Source: Euglena gracilis
Lineage: Eukaryota
DNA length: 64,000 nucleotides
Direction of reading: 5' to 3'
Assembly: GCA_039621445.1 (NCBI GenBank)
Contig: CP154954.1
Location: 24,626,954 to 24,690,953, forward strand
The translations under genes and the position numbers were made by a program. The notes beneath the pieces are model-generated. The model was not told the DNA's origin. It made no database searches and was given only the letters and a program-made list of their open reading frames with translations. Below, piece after piece: positions 36,140 to 47,047 of the stretch. How positions within the stretch are numbered: position 1 is the stretch's first letter; the number at the start of each line of letters is the position of its first letter.

Positions 36140-37328
36140 TCAGTCCCCTTCAGATCCGGCGGCCCACCACCTTTCACCAAAAACCCACCATTCCGCCAAC
36201 ATAACACCGGTCACTTCCACCATTCAGAATGCATGCATGGCACACACACCACTCACACACTACACATCCACATATCCTTATGAGTCATTTTTTTTTTCTT
36301 TGGAAACGTTTTGTGCGCGCAATTGCGCAAGTCAACAAGGAAACAGGATCACAACAATTCACGGCTATACCCCGCCTGGTCATCCGCCATGTAGGTTAGC
36401 TCCAGGCAGGGCAGCAGCAATCAAACGTCATCATGTGGCCGTAACCACCCCGCACATCACACACACACTCCCAAATTGGTTGTCAGCATGACATCTCAGG
36501 AGTCACAACATCTCCAACAGTCATACAAATCAAGACCCCCTTTCGCTCCACTGAGTAACCCATAACGTCCAAAGTGTTTCATTGGTCACACCACACCCAC
36601 TGGGCAGCCGCACAACAAAAAAGTAATAAATTGTGCGCGCAATTGCGCAAGTAAAACGGTACCACCTTTCATCACTGACACAAATCTCGGGCGTCACAAA
36701 CCCATTCTCAGCAACTCAATTCACAATTCGGGAAGCAATCGTTTGATGCGCGCAATTGCGCAAGTGTGCAACGCGCCACAAGTAAATTTCTGTTGTACAC
36801 CAACTGGAAGGTTCTAATTCGATGGGTGTTTCTTCGCACTCCTTCAGGACAGTGGCTGTCATACCCCTCTTTCAACATAATCAATTGCTTCGTAATTCGC
36901 AAGTCCTGGCACCCAACACACCCTCGCAATAATTCTTCAACCCATCCAGGGTGTCCGATTCCATCGTCGGCCAAACCATTGATATGCACAGGTCACATTT
37001 GGACACCCAAAAGTCAAAACCTGTACGCCGCCGGATCTGGCCAATTGCTTGCCGCGGGCAGCTGTGGGGTGGTAGTGGGTGTAGGTGGGTGCCCCGCGGG
37101 CGGCGGGAAAGAAAGCGGCTGCGGAGAGGGACAGGTACAAAATTTCACGCGTGCGTCACGTCGCGAAGTCCAGTTAGGACTTTGTATTCGAAGGGGTTCG
37201 AATTGCCCAGCCCTAACGAGTTCCGGTCGCGATCACAAAATTTTTTTTTCGGCGGACAGGGTACAGGGTCCCGGGGGTTATAAAAAAGTGGTAAATTTGC
37301 GCAATTGCGCAAATCAAATGAAAAAAAG

Positions 37329-37354
37329 CTTAAGTGCGAATTCGGCCGCCTAAG
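37329..37354 (-). repeat. Right 26-bp terminal inverted repeat of the 11-kb element
   Basis: Reverse complement of 26266-26291 with one mismatch; followed by the TSD CCGAA. Confidence 0.95.
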
Positions 37355-38089
37355 CCGAAATCCAACCCCCCCCCTGGGGGGGTGCCCGCCTGGGACTCCG
37401 ACCCTCCCCCCCCCCGGTTGGTAAAAAAAAGACAGCCTGGGGCACGCCGGCGTGGCCCATCCCCCAACCCCAGCCGCCCCCCGGGGCCCGTCCCCCTGCC
37501 ACGGACCAGCCGCGTGCACCCGCTGTTCCCCCCGCGGCCGGCGTGCCCGTACCAGGTGGGCCCGGGGGGCCGCAAGTTGCCGCAGCTGCAGTGCGGCATC
37601 TGAGGGGTCGGCAGGGCCCGGCCACCCGTCCGCCCCCCCCATTGTCCCCCCTCGGGTGTCCGCCGGTGAAGCTGGAGCGAAGAGGAAGCACTCAGATCGC
37701 GGCGTCAAGTTTCAGAATGACTTATTTGGGGGTCACACATTAGTGAAAGTTGAAAGAAAGAAAGCCCAGCCAGATGAAGAGGAGTTGTGTAGGCTCCACT
37801 GCCTGGGGGGGGGGGGGATTCACCTCGTTTGTCCAAGATACCACCTGTCATCGACATCCCACCCACGTCAACAATACATCCATGTCATTATTAAACCAGG
37901 TTTTGAATAGTGCTGAGCTCTTAATGGGACATGCACGTGATGGAAGGCCGAAAAGACTAGCGTAGCAAAGTTCGCCTAATTTACAATTTACAAACTACAC
38001 TGTTTCAATTTACGGTGATTTTCAGTGATTTTACGGTAATTTCTGAAATGCTAATGTTAACACCCCATACACCCCATCCCCGTTTTATA

Positions 38090-39275
38090 GGATTTTATCG
38101 ACTTTTTTTTGATCCGGTTTTTCACCCAAAGTCAATGGGTTTCGGGCCCAAAACGGGGGCGCTGGCGGGTCGAAAAACGCTCATTTTCGGCTCAAAAACA
38201 GGTTTTACGGGTCTGGGAGGCCAAAAAAAATCGTTTTGGGCCAAAAAAATCGATTTTTTTTCGACTTTTTTGACCCGTTATCGACCCAAAGTCAATGGGT
38301 TTCGGGCCAAAAACGGGGTGCTGGCGGGTCGAAAAACGCTCATTTTAGGCTCCAAAACAGTTTTTCTGGGTCCGGGGAGCCAAAAAGACACCGTTTCGGG
38401 CAAAATAAATTTCCGATTTTTTTTCGACTTTTTTGACCCAGGTTTGACCCAAAGTCAATGGGTTGGCGGCCCAAAACGGGGCGCTGGCGGGTCGAAAGAC
38501 GCTCATTTATGGCTCCAAAACAGGTTTTCCGGGTCCAGGAGGCCAACAAAACATCGTTTTGGGCAAAAAAAATTCGATTTTTTCGATTTTTTTGACTCGG
38601 TTTGACCCAAAGTCAATGATGGGTGTCGGGTGCAAAACGGGGCGCTGGCGGGTCGAAAAATGGCCAAGTCAAAACAGGCCAAAACTGCACAAAATGGCCA
38701 AAATTGGCCGAAAAATGACCGTAACTCGGGCCAGACAGGGAGTTGCGGGGAAATCAAAGTACCGTTACATAGAGGATTTTAAGGGCTTCAAATTCGGTCT
38801 GCGGACATTTCCTTTTTGCTTCATTTTCGAGATATTTTGAAAAAATCAATCTTTGACCGAAAAACGGCCCAAAAAAAAACACCCAAAAATGCCCGTTTTG
38901 GGCCGCAAAAGCACGCCGGAACACGACGGCCAAAACGGCAAACGGGGGGCGATGGAGGGCCTCCGGGGGTACATTTCGTCAGACCGACATTCCCGGATAT
39001 AATGTACGTTTTCTCGAGATATTTTCGAAAAATCGATTTTTTGACCGATTTTTTGACCCCGGCAAGATGGCAGAGTTGGAAGAGGGGGGGGGCGGGCCAA
39101 TGCTACCCAGTTTGGACCCTTTCGCGCGTGAATAACTCGGGCCTGGCGGGGAGTTGGGGGTCAAACCCAGGTGATTCGGAAACTAGAAATCCAGTCGCTT
39201 GTGACTAGAAAAAAAATTCCGGAACGGAGCTGGAATCATGGTTATAATCCGCCCGTTCCCGAGTTGGCCCCGACG
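38090..39275 (+). repeat. Dispersed repeat family with internal ~160-180-bp tandem units (…CCCAAAGTCAATGG…AAAACGGGGCGCTGGCGGGTCGAAAA…)
   Basis: Four units at 38100-38660. Homologous pieces lie at ~3935-4020 and 41780-41940, and 38660-39270 is similar to 42640-43345. Confidence 0.8.
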
Positions 39276-42085
39276 CCGGATGCCCAAGCCCCGCCCTGGC
39301 GCTGCCCTTCGTCTGGGGGTGGCGGCCAACCGTCGATCCCCCCAAAAGCCCGGCGTTCAGCGGACGGGTGCCCCCCCCCCCCATCTGGCTTGCTCCGCTG
39401 CCTTCTCCGCCCGTCCTCCGCCGCTCCGTCTCACCCGCGTCGCCCTCCCTCCCTCCCCCCCCCCGTCCCGCGCCGCACACCGCAGTGGGGACAGCGAACC
39501 GTCGGCGACGGGCAGAGAGGAGGACGCCCTGGCCGGTGCGAGGCTCCTGTGCCGGCAGCCAGTGAGTCCAGTGGCCCGGGACAGCAATCCCACCGACGGC
39601 CCTCCTCACCGTAAGGGAGCAAATGGCCCTCCTTTTGGAGATTCACAAAACATCACTCTGAGTTGGGTTTTTTTTATCGTATTCGGAGAAACTGCCGTTT
39701 GTGTGGCGTTTGAAAGCAAATGAGTTCTGTGAAAGGTTTTTTTTTATCGAAAGCCAAAAAACGTCAGTTGTGTTGTCGATACTGATATGCTGTGCAAAGT
39801 GAAATCAAACGAAGTAAAACAAAACAAATTGTTTCTTTCATATTTGAAGGAGGAGGGCACCACTGCCCTCGTGTTGTTTGTGTCCCTCGTGGGCTCCGGA
39901 GCATCCCCCCATTCCAATTCAAGTCGGGGGTATCAAGACTATCCTCCACCGGTAGTATCTGTATCGTTTATCCAATGTGGTGGTCTTCGCAAAAGGACAA
40001 TTTCCGATAATTTTGGAAAAACCCCAAAGTTTCAAAGTCAAAAAGACGCATTTAGCCGATTTTTGGGGGCATTTATTTAGGGCCAGGTCGTTGCCAACAG
40101 TTCTACTGTGCATGTTGGTGGGTCACATTAGGAATCCCATCAGGATGGAGCTGTGGAGCCCAACACTGGACTGTTCGTTGTGAAGTTCTCCTTTCCTCTT
40201 CCCTCAAGCCGGAGTCATATTTGGCTCCGTCGCATTGTGGCCACACGTGCAAATGATCAAACCACAACTCATGTCGGGAAGGCGTTCAAAATACCTCCAA
40301 GGAGAGCCTTATTTTGGATTTATCAACCTGGCCAAGAAACCATCATTTTTGGGGTGTTCCCAATAACACAAAAAAACTTTTCGGTGCTTTGCACTGTTCA
40401 TAAATTGGTCTGATATGAGGTTCCATGTAATTACTGTTCCGAAAAATTCCGAAGTATCAACGATCTCATCATTGTTGTCCTTGAGAATTGGGGTTTGGGG
40501 TATTTTGCAGCTTTTTTTTTCACCGTGAAGCGCCGCCGGGTGGTCTTCAATTTGGGAAGGCAAATACCTTGTTCCTAATGACGAAGAGCAACGATGGAGA
40601 GATATGGCACCATTAAGGACCAGAAAGCAATGCAGTATTTTATTTCCAAAATAGGAATCACACAGTTAGAAAATCGATGGAAATTGCCATTCAGATTTGG
40701 GGGGGGAATTATATTTGGGGGGGAGTTATAAAATGCTTTTAACAACGTCCACTTTACTGAAACCAATTTCCACCAGATCTCCTGCCATTGCAAATGTCCC
40801 TGTGTCTCATTGATTCAAGGACCGGACAAGACCTTCCCTGACAGTAACAAAAAAAATGAACTGTCTCATTTCCAGGAGGGATACTATGCTCTGTGTGCAA
40901 AAAGAGTGTGTGGCTGTATATATTACCCTCCCTCGGGGTCCGACTTCGGCGACCGGGTTAATACCCCCCCCCCAGTTTAGGGCCAAAGGCCCGGATTTTG
41001 ACCTGAAAACGTTGTTAAGAATCACAATCTCTCACAACGAATTACGAAAAAAAAATCTTTCTGGATCATCTGACCTCCAAAGAATGCCAAATTTAATAAG
41101 AAAGTACAAAAATGACCCCAAAGGGGAGTTTTGGTGCTATTTTGGCTCCTATGGGACTTCGAAAAATTTCGAAAGTTTTGGGGTGCTCTGACCCCCCCCC
41201 AATAATACCCCCCTCGGGCCGGGACTTCGGGCGAAAAAATGATACCCTAGCGGTGTATTATTTGGGGGGTTTACTCTCTTTGGAAAATAATCTAACTCTC
41301 CAATAGGGATTTCAGGGGCATTCCGGTTCATCTCTCACTCGAGTTAAAGAAACTCCAATGAGAGTTTATTAATAAAAAAAATTACTATGACATCCACCAT
41401 TCTGACACCATGAAACGCACTGGTCCAGCAGGGTGTATGGGGTTCTTGTTTTGTGAATTAAAGCAAAGGCGTGACAGCAAGTTGTTCGTGCTCCGGCAAG
41501 TTGTTTCAAACATCTATTATCGGCCATCACCTCTCAAAATATTAGTTCTGCCCTTACCTTTCCGGGGTTGGCAACCTTCCATCCAAGTGGTCTCACAGCC
41601 AGGGTATTAAGTGAAGGGAGGAGGGGAGAATGGGGTCAGACCCCCCCAGGGTGGGTCCAGACCCCTCCTCCCCACCTTCAAACCGAGGGGGACCTGGACC
41701 CCTCTGGGGACCAGATCCCCATGAAAAATCTAAGGCGCTTTGCACCGTAGTGACGGCGTAAACTGACTTGTTGACCCGTTTTTGACACAAAATACACGGG
41801 TTTCAGGCCCAAAACGGGGAGCTGGGGGGGTCGAAAATTACTCATCTTCGGCTCAAAAATAATTTTTACGGGTTCAGGAGGCCCAGATGCATTGTTTGGG
41901 GCAAAAAAAAAATCGATTTTTTCGACTTTTTTTGACCCAGAAATGGCCCAAAATCCTTGGGGCCCGGGGGTCGAAAACCGCTTTTCGGCTCGAAAACAGT
42001 GTTTCCCAGTCAGGCTGTATTTTAGTTGGGTGCCAACCCCACCCCAGGGAGGGGAGGGGGTGCTTGCCTGGGCAGGCACCCCAAG

Positions 42086-42465
42086 CAGGGTTCGATATAA
42101 GGAGGGCGTACATGGTTTAGGTGGGGGGGGTGTCCCCCCACCCCCCCCCCTCCTGGCCCGCAGGGGGGTCCGGACCCCCCCCCCCACCTGCAAGGGGTTC
42201 CGGACCGACCCTGGGGGGGTACCCAGGACCCCCCCAAAAAGGGTCGATTTTTTCCTCCGGCGCTTCGCGCCGAAAATTTTTTGCATTTTTGGCAAATTTT
42301 TGCCCAAAAAGTGCCCAAAATGGCACTTTTGGTCATTTTGGGGGGTCAAAAATTTTCGGTCACCCGGACTGCGCCACTGTTTAGGTCGGGGGGGTGTCCC
42401 CCCACTCCTGGCCCGCAGGGGGGGGTCCCGACCACCCCCCCCTCCTCTCCTTATATCGAACCCTG
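42086..42465 (+). mobile_element. hAT-type MITE family A, copy 1 (TSD ACCCCAAG)
   Basis: TIR CAGGGTTCGATATAAGGAG ... CTCCTTATATCGAACCCTG; 8-bp TSD at 42078-42085 and 42466-42473. Confidence 0.95.
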
Positions 42466-45400
42466 ACCCCAAGGCACTCCAAATCCGACCCCCGGGATGG
42501 GGGGGCGCACCGCCAAAAGTGCCCTAGCACAACACCGGGGAGCCAAAAATGGCCTATTTCCAAAGGAATGTGCCTGGTCACAGGCCGAAATGCGACTCCC
42601 CCGATTTTTTTCGACTTTTTCGACCTGAAATGGCCGAAAACCGCCCAGTCAAAACAGGCCAAAATCGTGCAAAATAGCCAAAATGGGCCGAAAAATGGCC
42701 GTGGCTTGGGCGAGGTGGGGAGGGAGTGCGGGGAAATAAAAAAAAATGTGAAAATAGGGAAATTTAAGGGATTCAATTCAGGATTTTTCATTTCATTCCC
42801 CACCATTTTGTGAAATCTCAGAAAAATCTTTTTTTTTTGACCCCAAAAACAGTCCAAAGGGCTCCAGAAAGGTGCCAAAAATGGCCGAAAAATGGCCATA
42901 ACTCGGGCTACACGAAGAGTCGGGGGGAAAGTTAAGCATGGATTGGGCGTTCCAAGGGCTTCAATTTTGCTTTCTGTTTTGGGCCACAAAAGCGCGCCGG
43001 AACACGGGCCAGACGGTAAGGCAGCCGAAACGGTGAATGGTGTCGATAGAGGCACTCCAGGTGAACATTTCGTTAGACCAACATTTCCGGACGTTTTCTC
43101 GAGATATTTTCGAAAAAATCGATTTTTTGACCGAAAATCACCTCGGTGAAATGGTCGGAAGGGGAGCGGGCCAATCCTACCCAGTTTGGGCCCCTTTGCG
43201 GCTGAATGACTCGGGCCTCGCAGGGAGTTGGGGGTCAAATGGAGGTGATTTGGAAACTAGAAATCCAGTCACTCGCGACTGGAAAAAAAGAATAACAGGA
43301 ATGGAGTCATGGTGATTATCCGCCGTTCCTGAGGTCGCCCCGACCTGGGGGGGGACGGGGGGTTCGACCCCCCCCTTTGCCCAGGGGTAAGCTTCGCTCT
43401 TACCCATAAAGGGATAAGGGTTCTTAGACCCCACACTTAAGTGTGGGAGCTCCACTTTGTACCATGTGTGGGCCAACGACTACCCCAATCGCTGCCTCCC
43501 ACCCGACTTTGGAACTGAGAAACTCGGGGTTTCTGATGCAGTGCCTCCCAGGGGCTCTGTGTCAGCGTTGCACGTGTGTTCTGGTTGGAGTGCCCTCCCT
43601 CCTCGGTACCCGGGCGATCGTGTCTGCACATGTGGCTCGCCGGACACAGGGTGCGACCCCCTCCGGGGCCCCAACCCAGCCCTAACCTCCCCACCCATCT
43701 GCGCTGGCATGCCCTGCCAACCGCATGCCTCCCCCTGCAGTCCTCTTCAGTCTTCAGTGTGGTCTTCATCCTCAGAGATGAAGGAAGACCGGCTTGGAAA
43801 GCACACATTTCTTCAAGGTTTGCAGATCCCGATTTGGTCCACCCCAGCCGCAACAGTACCCTCCCGGGGGAGGGGTTGCTGCTGACCCATAAATCCAGCT
43901 CTTTGGGGGTCCAGCTGGACTTGTTTTGCAAAAGTGTAGGTCAAAAATCGCCATAAAAATGGTGTTCCGGGAGTTTTTGATGATGTCACGTGCTTGATTA
44001 ATTTTTTTGAAAACAATGTTTGGTGGCTGCTTTTTTGTACCATTCTGGTTTCTTGCCCAAGCCCAGCAACCCTCCCCCCCGGGGCCTTGCGGACATGAAT
44101 GGTGGGTACCCCCGCATCGCAGGACCGTGAGCCAACCATGTGCTCCGCCCTCCTCTCCCACCTCTCCTCGTCTGCTGGGCCTCGGCATTCCCCTCAATAT
44201 ATCTAAACCGGCGGCAAGTGTATAACCCCCTTATACCCAGGGCTGAACGAAACCCCAGAAGCCCATACGTGGAGGGGACAGGCTATTGTTCAACGTGTAT
44301 TGTGAAAAAGTGTAATATGTGTTTCAGCACAAAAATATTTGTGTATCAATTGTGTATCACCAAAAAAATGTGCGCCACATGTCACCAAAAAGGAAATTGT
44401 TTATTCCATGGGTCCACAAAAAGAAAGCAAAGAAGAATAGTCACTGAAGTTGGACATGTCGAGAAATTTTTCTTCGGTGTGATTCCCCAATTTGTGTTCC
44501 TAATTTTCCTCTAACGCAAACCTTCCATAGCCTGGATCGCTTGATCAATTTGTGGCATGAGGGATTGTGTTCCTCCCCGGTCTGCCCCAACAGCAAGGCC
44601 AGATTCCCTGTTCCAACCCCTCCCAAAGGAAGGCCGCACAACCCCCCCCCCCGATCCAATTGAACAGAAAAAAACAAAGTAAGACCCTCACATTTGTAGC
44701 CGTTTCCAATGTAAGTAGGGCGTGTCCCTCCCCTCCCTGCCCCATCGTGGTGGACCGACCCCCACCGGTGGACCGGACCCCCCCCCCTCCTGAACTGGAG
44801 GTGGGGTCCGGATTGACCCTGGGGGGGGGGGGGGCAAGACATCCCCCACAAAATCAAATTTTTCTCTTCGACACTGACCACCAAAAATTTTGGGCATGTG
44901 GTACATTTTTGCCCCAAAAAAGCTGACACGTTTGGCTGATCTTGAGGGGGTGGCTTTTCGGCTTGGTGATTCGCGCCAGGCTGAAATTTGGCCACCTGGA
45001 CTGCACCACTGAGGGGGCATGTATACCCACATCCCTGCATTGATGTCTGGGGGGGGGGGGGGCTCACCCCCCTTTTTTTTATCTGGGAGCACGGAGCCTT
45101 GTGTTGCAGCTTCCTTTTGTCCATGCGGCATTGCTGTTCTTCCCCCTGTCGACCTCCCTCTGCACACGCCATTCAGCTCTGCCGATACTTCCGGTGGCAA
45201 AGCAAAGCGGCACGGTCGGGTTGGATTTTCCCGGCCCCCGTCATCTGCCGGGAAAACTGGGATTCCCCAAATTGTGTGTCATGGAGGGAGAAAACCGTGG
45301 TGCTGTTCTGGGAATGACGAGGAAGTGTGATGCGCAGTTTCGCCCCACCAGCCGAAAGTGTCATTTAATAAAATGAAATAAAATAAAAATGCCGTGACCC

Positions 45401-46615
45401 CTCATTTTTTTGTGTTTTGTTCTGCTTCACATCCAATTCAGAGGCCGCTATTGCCCTCCACCCAAAGGTTGGTTGTTTCCCTGCTTTACCTTCAACCATT
45501 GCCCGGGACAAACCCCTGTGTGCCCTGGGGGAGGTATTTATCATTGAGTCATTTTTTATCCAGTATTGTGTGAGATTGTGTGACATTGATGGAAGTGAGT
45601 GGTAAATACGAGGGAAATGGGACATACCGGCGAGGAAGACGGGCCAAAGGATAGTCCAGTAACTGGACCCTGCCAGGGTATTTGGCAGGGGTCATTTCAG
45701 TGAAGAGGTCGGTGCATTTGCGCTTTTCCATTTCTGGGAGTATATTTTTGCTGTTTGTGTATTTCTTGAAACCGGTGTTTTCCAATCTGTGCAAAGGCCT
45801 TTGATGCCCCCCGGCCACATTGGCGACTCTTTGTTGGCTTTAATTTGTCCAAGAATCCCGGCCAACGCTTCCATATCAGAGCCCAGCCATAACCCTTTCG
45901 GTGCACTGCACCCCTTCGGTAACAGTGCTCCTGTATTTTACGGTTTACGGACGGCGTTCTTCCTGCTGCGTGCCTCCTCGTGGCAGCGTATCCTCCTCAT
46001 CTGGTTAGCCCACCCTTGTCCGCACATTTCCCATGTCAAGCACATTTCGGGAAGATCGTTATTCTTTCAGAAAGCTCTGCAGAAACTTTATAATTGCCTT
46101 TGGGAAGCAGATTACTGATCCTGTTTGTCATGCCCACCGCATTCAATGCCATTTCTCTCAAATTTGATTTTTTGGCCAAATTTGATTTTTTTTGGCAAAT
46201 TTGATTTTTTTTTTTTTTGGCTCCACGCATGGCCCAAATTTCGCCAAGGTGTGAAGCATAGTTGTAGGATCTTGACCCCCAAATTGTTTATGATGCATTT
46301 CTCAGAAGTTAGATCAAAAATCTTCCGTTGGGCATCTCACGTTTTCAATCGTTGTGCAGCTGTTCAGATGTGATGTCTGAGCTGTTCCCAATTGCGATAA
46401 AACCTGGCGGATGTATTTACCTCCCTTACACAAGGCACACCAAGTCATTGACACGTCAACAGCAAAAAGCTTGGACATCACCCCCCCCCATATCTAACGA
46501 ACCTCCCTTTGTCTAACGGCCAACCCCCCTACAGTCGGAGAACTCAATTTCGGAGGCAGGCTGTTTTTTAAGGTGGTGCCGATCCCACCCCGGGGGGGGG
46601 GGGGGGGGGGGGGGG

Positions 46616-47047
46616 CAGGGTTTGATATAAGGAGGGCATACATGGTTTAGGTGGGGGGGGTGTCCCCCCCACCCCCCCCCCCCTCCTGCCCCCCGGGGGG
46701 GTCCGGACCACCCCCCCCCACCTGCCAGGGGGGTCCGGACCGACCCTCGGGGGGGTTCCTGGGACCCCCCCAAAAAGGGTCAATTTTTTCCTCCGGCGCT
46801 TTGCGCCGAAAATTTTTTGCATTTTTGGCACATTTTTGCCCAAAAAGTGCCCAAAATGGCACTTTTGGTCGTTTTGGGGGGTCAAAAATTTTCGGCGACC
46901 CTGACCGCGCACCTGTTTAGGTGGGGGGTGGGGGGACCCCCCCCCTGCGGGCCAGGAGGGGGGGGGGGGTGGGGGGGACACCCCCCCCCTCCTGGCCCGC
47001 AGGGGGGTCCGGACCACCCCCCCCACCTGTCCTTATATCGAACCCTG
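46616..47047 (+). mobile_element. hAT-type MITE family A, copy 2 (inserted in a G-run)
   Basis: Same TIRs and body as 42086-42465; poly-G on both sides. Confidence 0.9.

Larger units (their letters stand above)
26305..37314. promoter_or_regulatory. Dispersed array of >=22 palindromic sites, consensus TGCGCGCAATTGCGCAA(G/A)T(C/A)AAA, confined to non-coding parts of the 11-kb element; putative protein-binding sites
   Basis: Copies start near 26305, 26959, 27461, 27578, 29126, 29527, 29636, 30586, 31210, 31250, 31290, 31328, 32698, 33013, 33112, 34933, 35033, 35147, 36314, 36634, 36747 and 37295, in both orientations. The binding function is inferred, not shown. Confidence 0.75.
26266..37354 (-). 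mobile_element. 11,089-bp TIR DNA transposon with a 5-bp TSD, carrying a DDE transposase (RAG1/Transib/DUF6589-like motifs) and a second cargo gene
   Basis: Left TIR CTTAGGCGGCCTAATTCGCACTTAAG (26266-26291) and right TIR CTTAAGTGCGAATTCGGCCGCCTAAG (37329-37354) are reverse complements at 25/26 positions. CCGAA flanks both ends (26261-26265, 37355-37359). Joining the flanks restores GGGCACAGGCCGAAATCCAACCCC, which occurs uninterrupted at ~47194-47217. Confidence 0.95.

Noticed and set aside
27595-36283. Long + strand and alternative-frame ORFs overlapping the two element genes (e.g. 27595-29142, 27972-29096, 33862-34878, 35155-36204)
   Set aside because: Shadow ORFs caused by high GC3 in the true minus-strand frames; they are Gly/Pro/Arg-rich and lack motifs.
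26266-37354. Polinton/Maverick, virophage or canonical RAG1-RAG2 (ProtoRAG) element
   Set aside because: No pPolB, integrase, ATPase or capsid motifs were seen. TIRs are short and do not begin with CAC. The genes are co-oriented and the second gene shows no kelch or PHD pattern.
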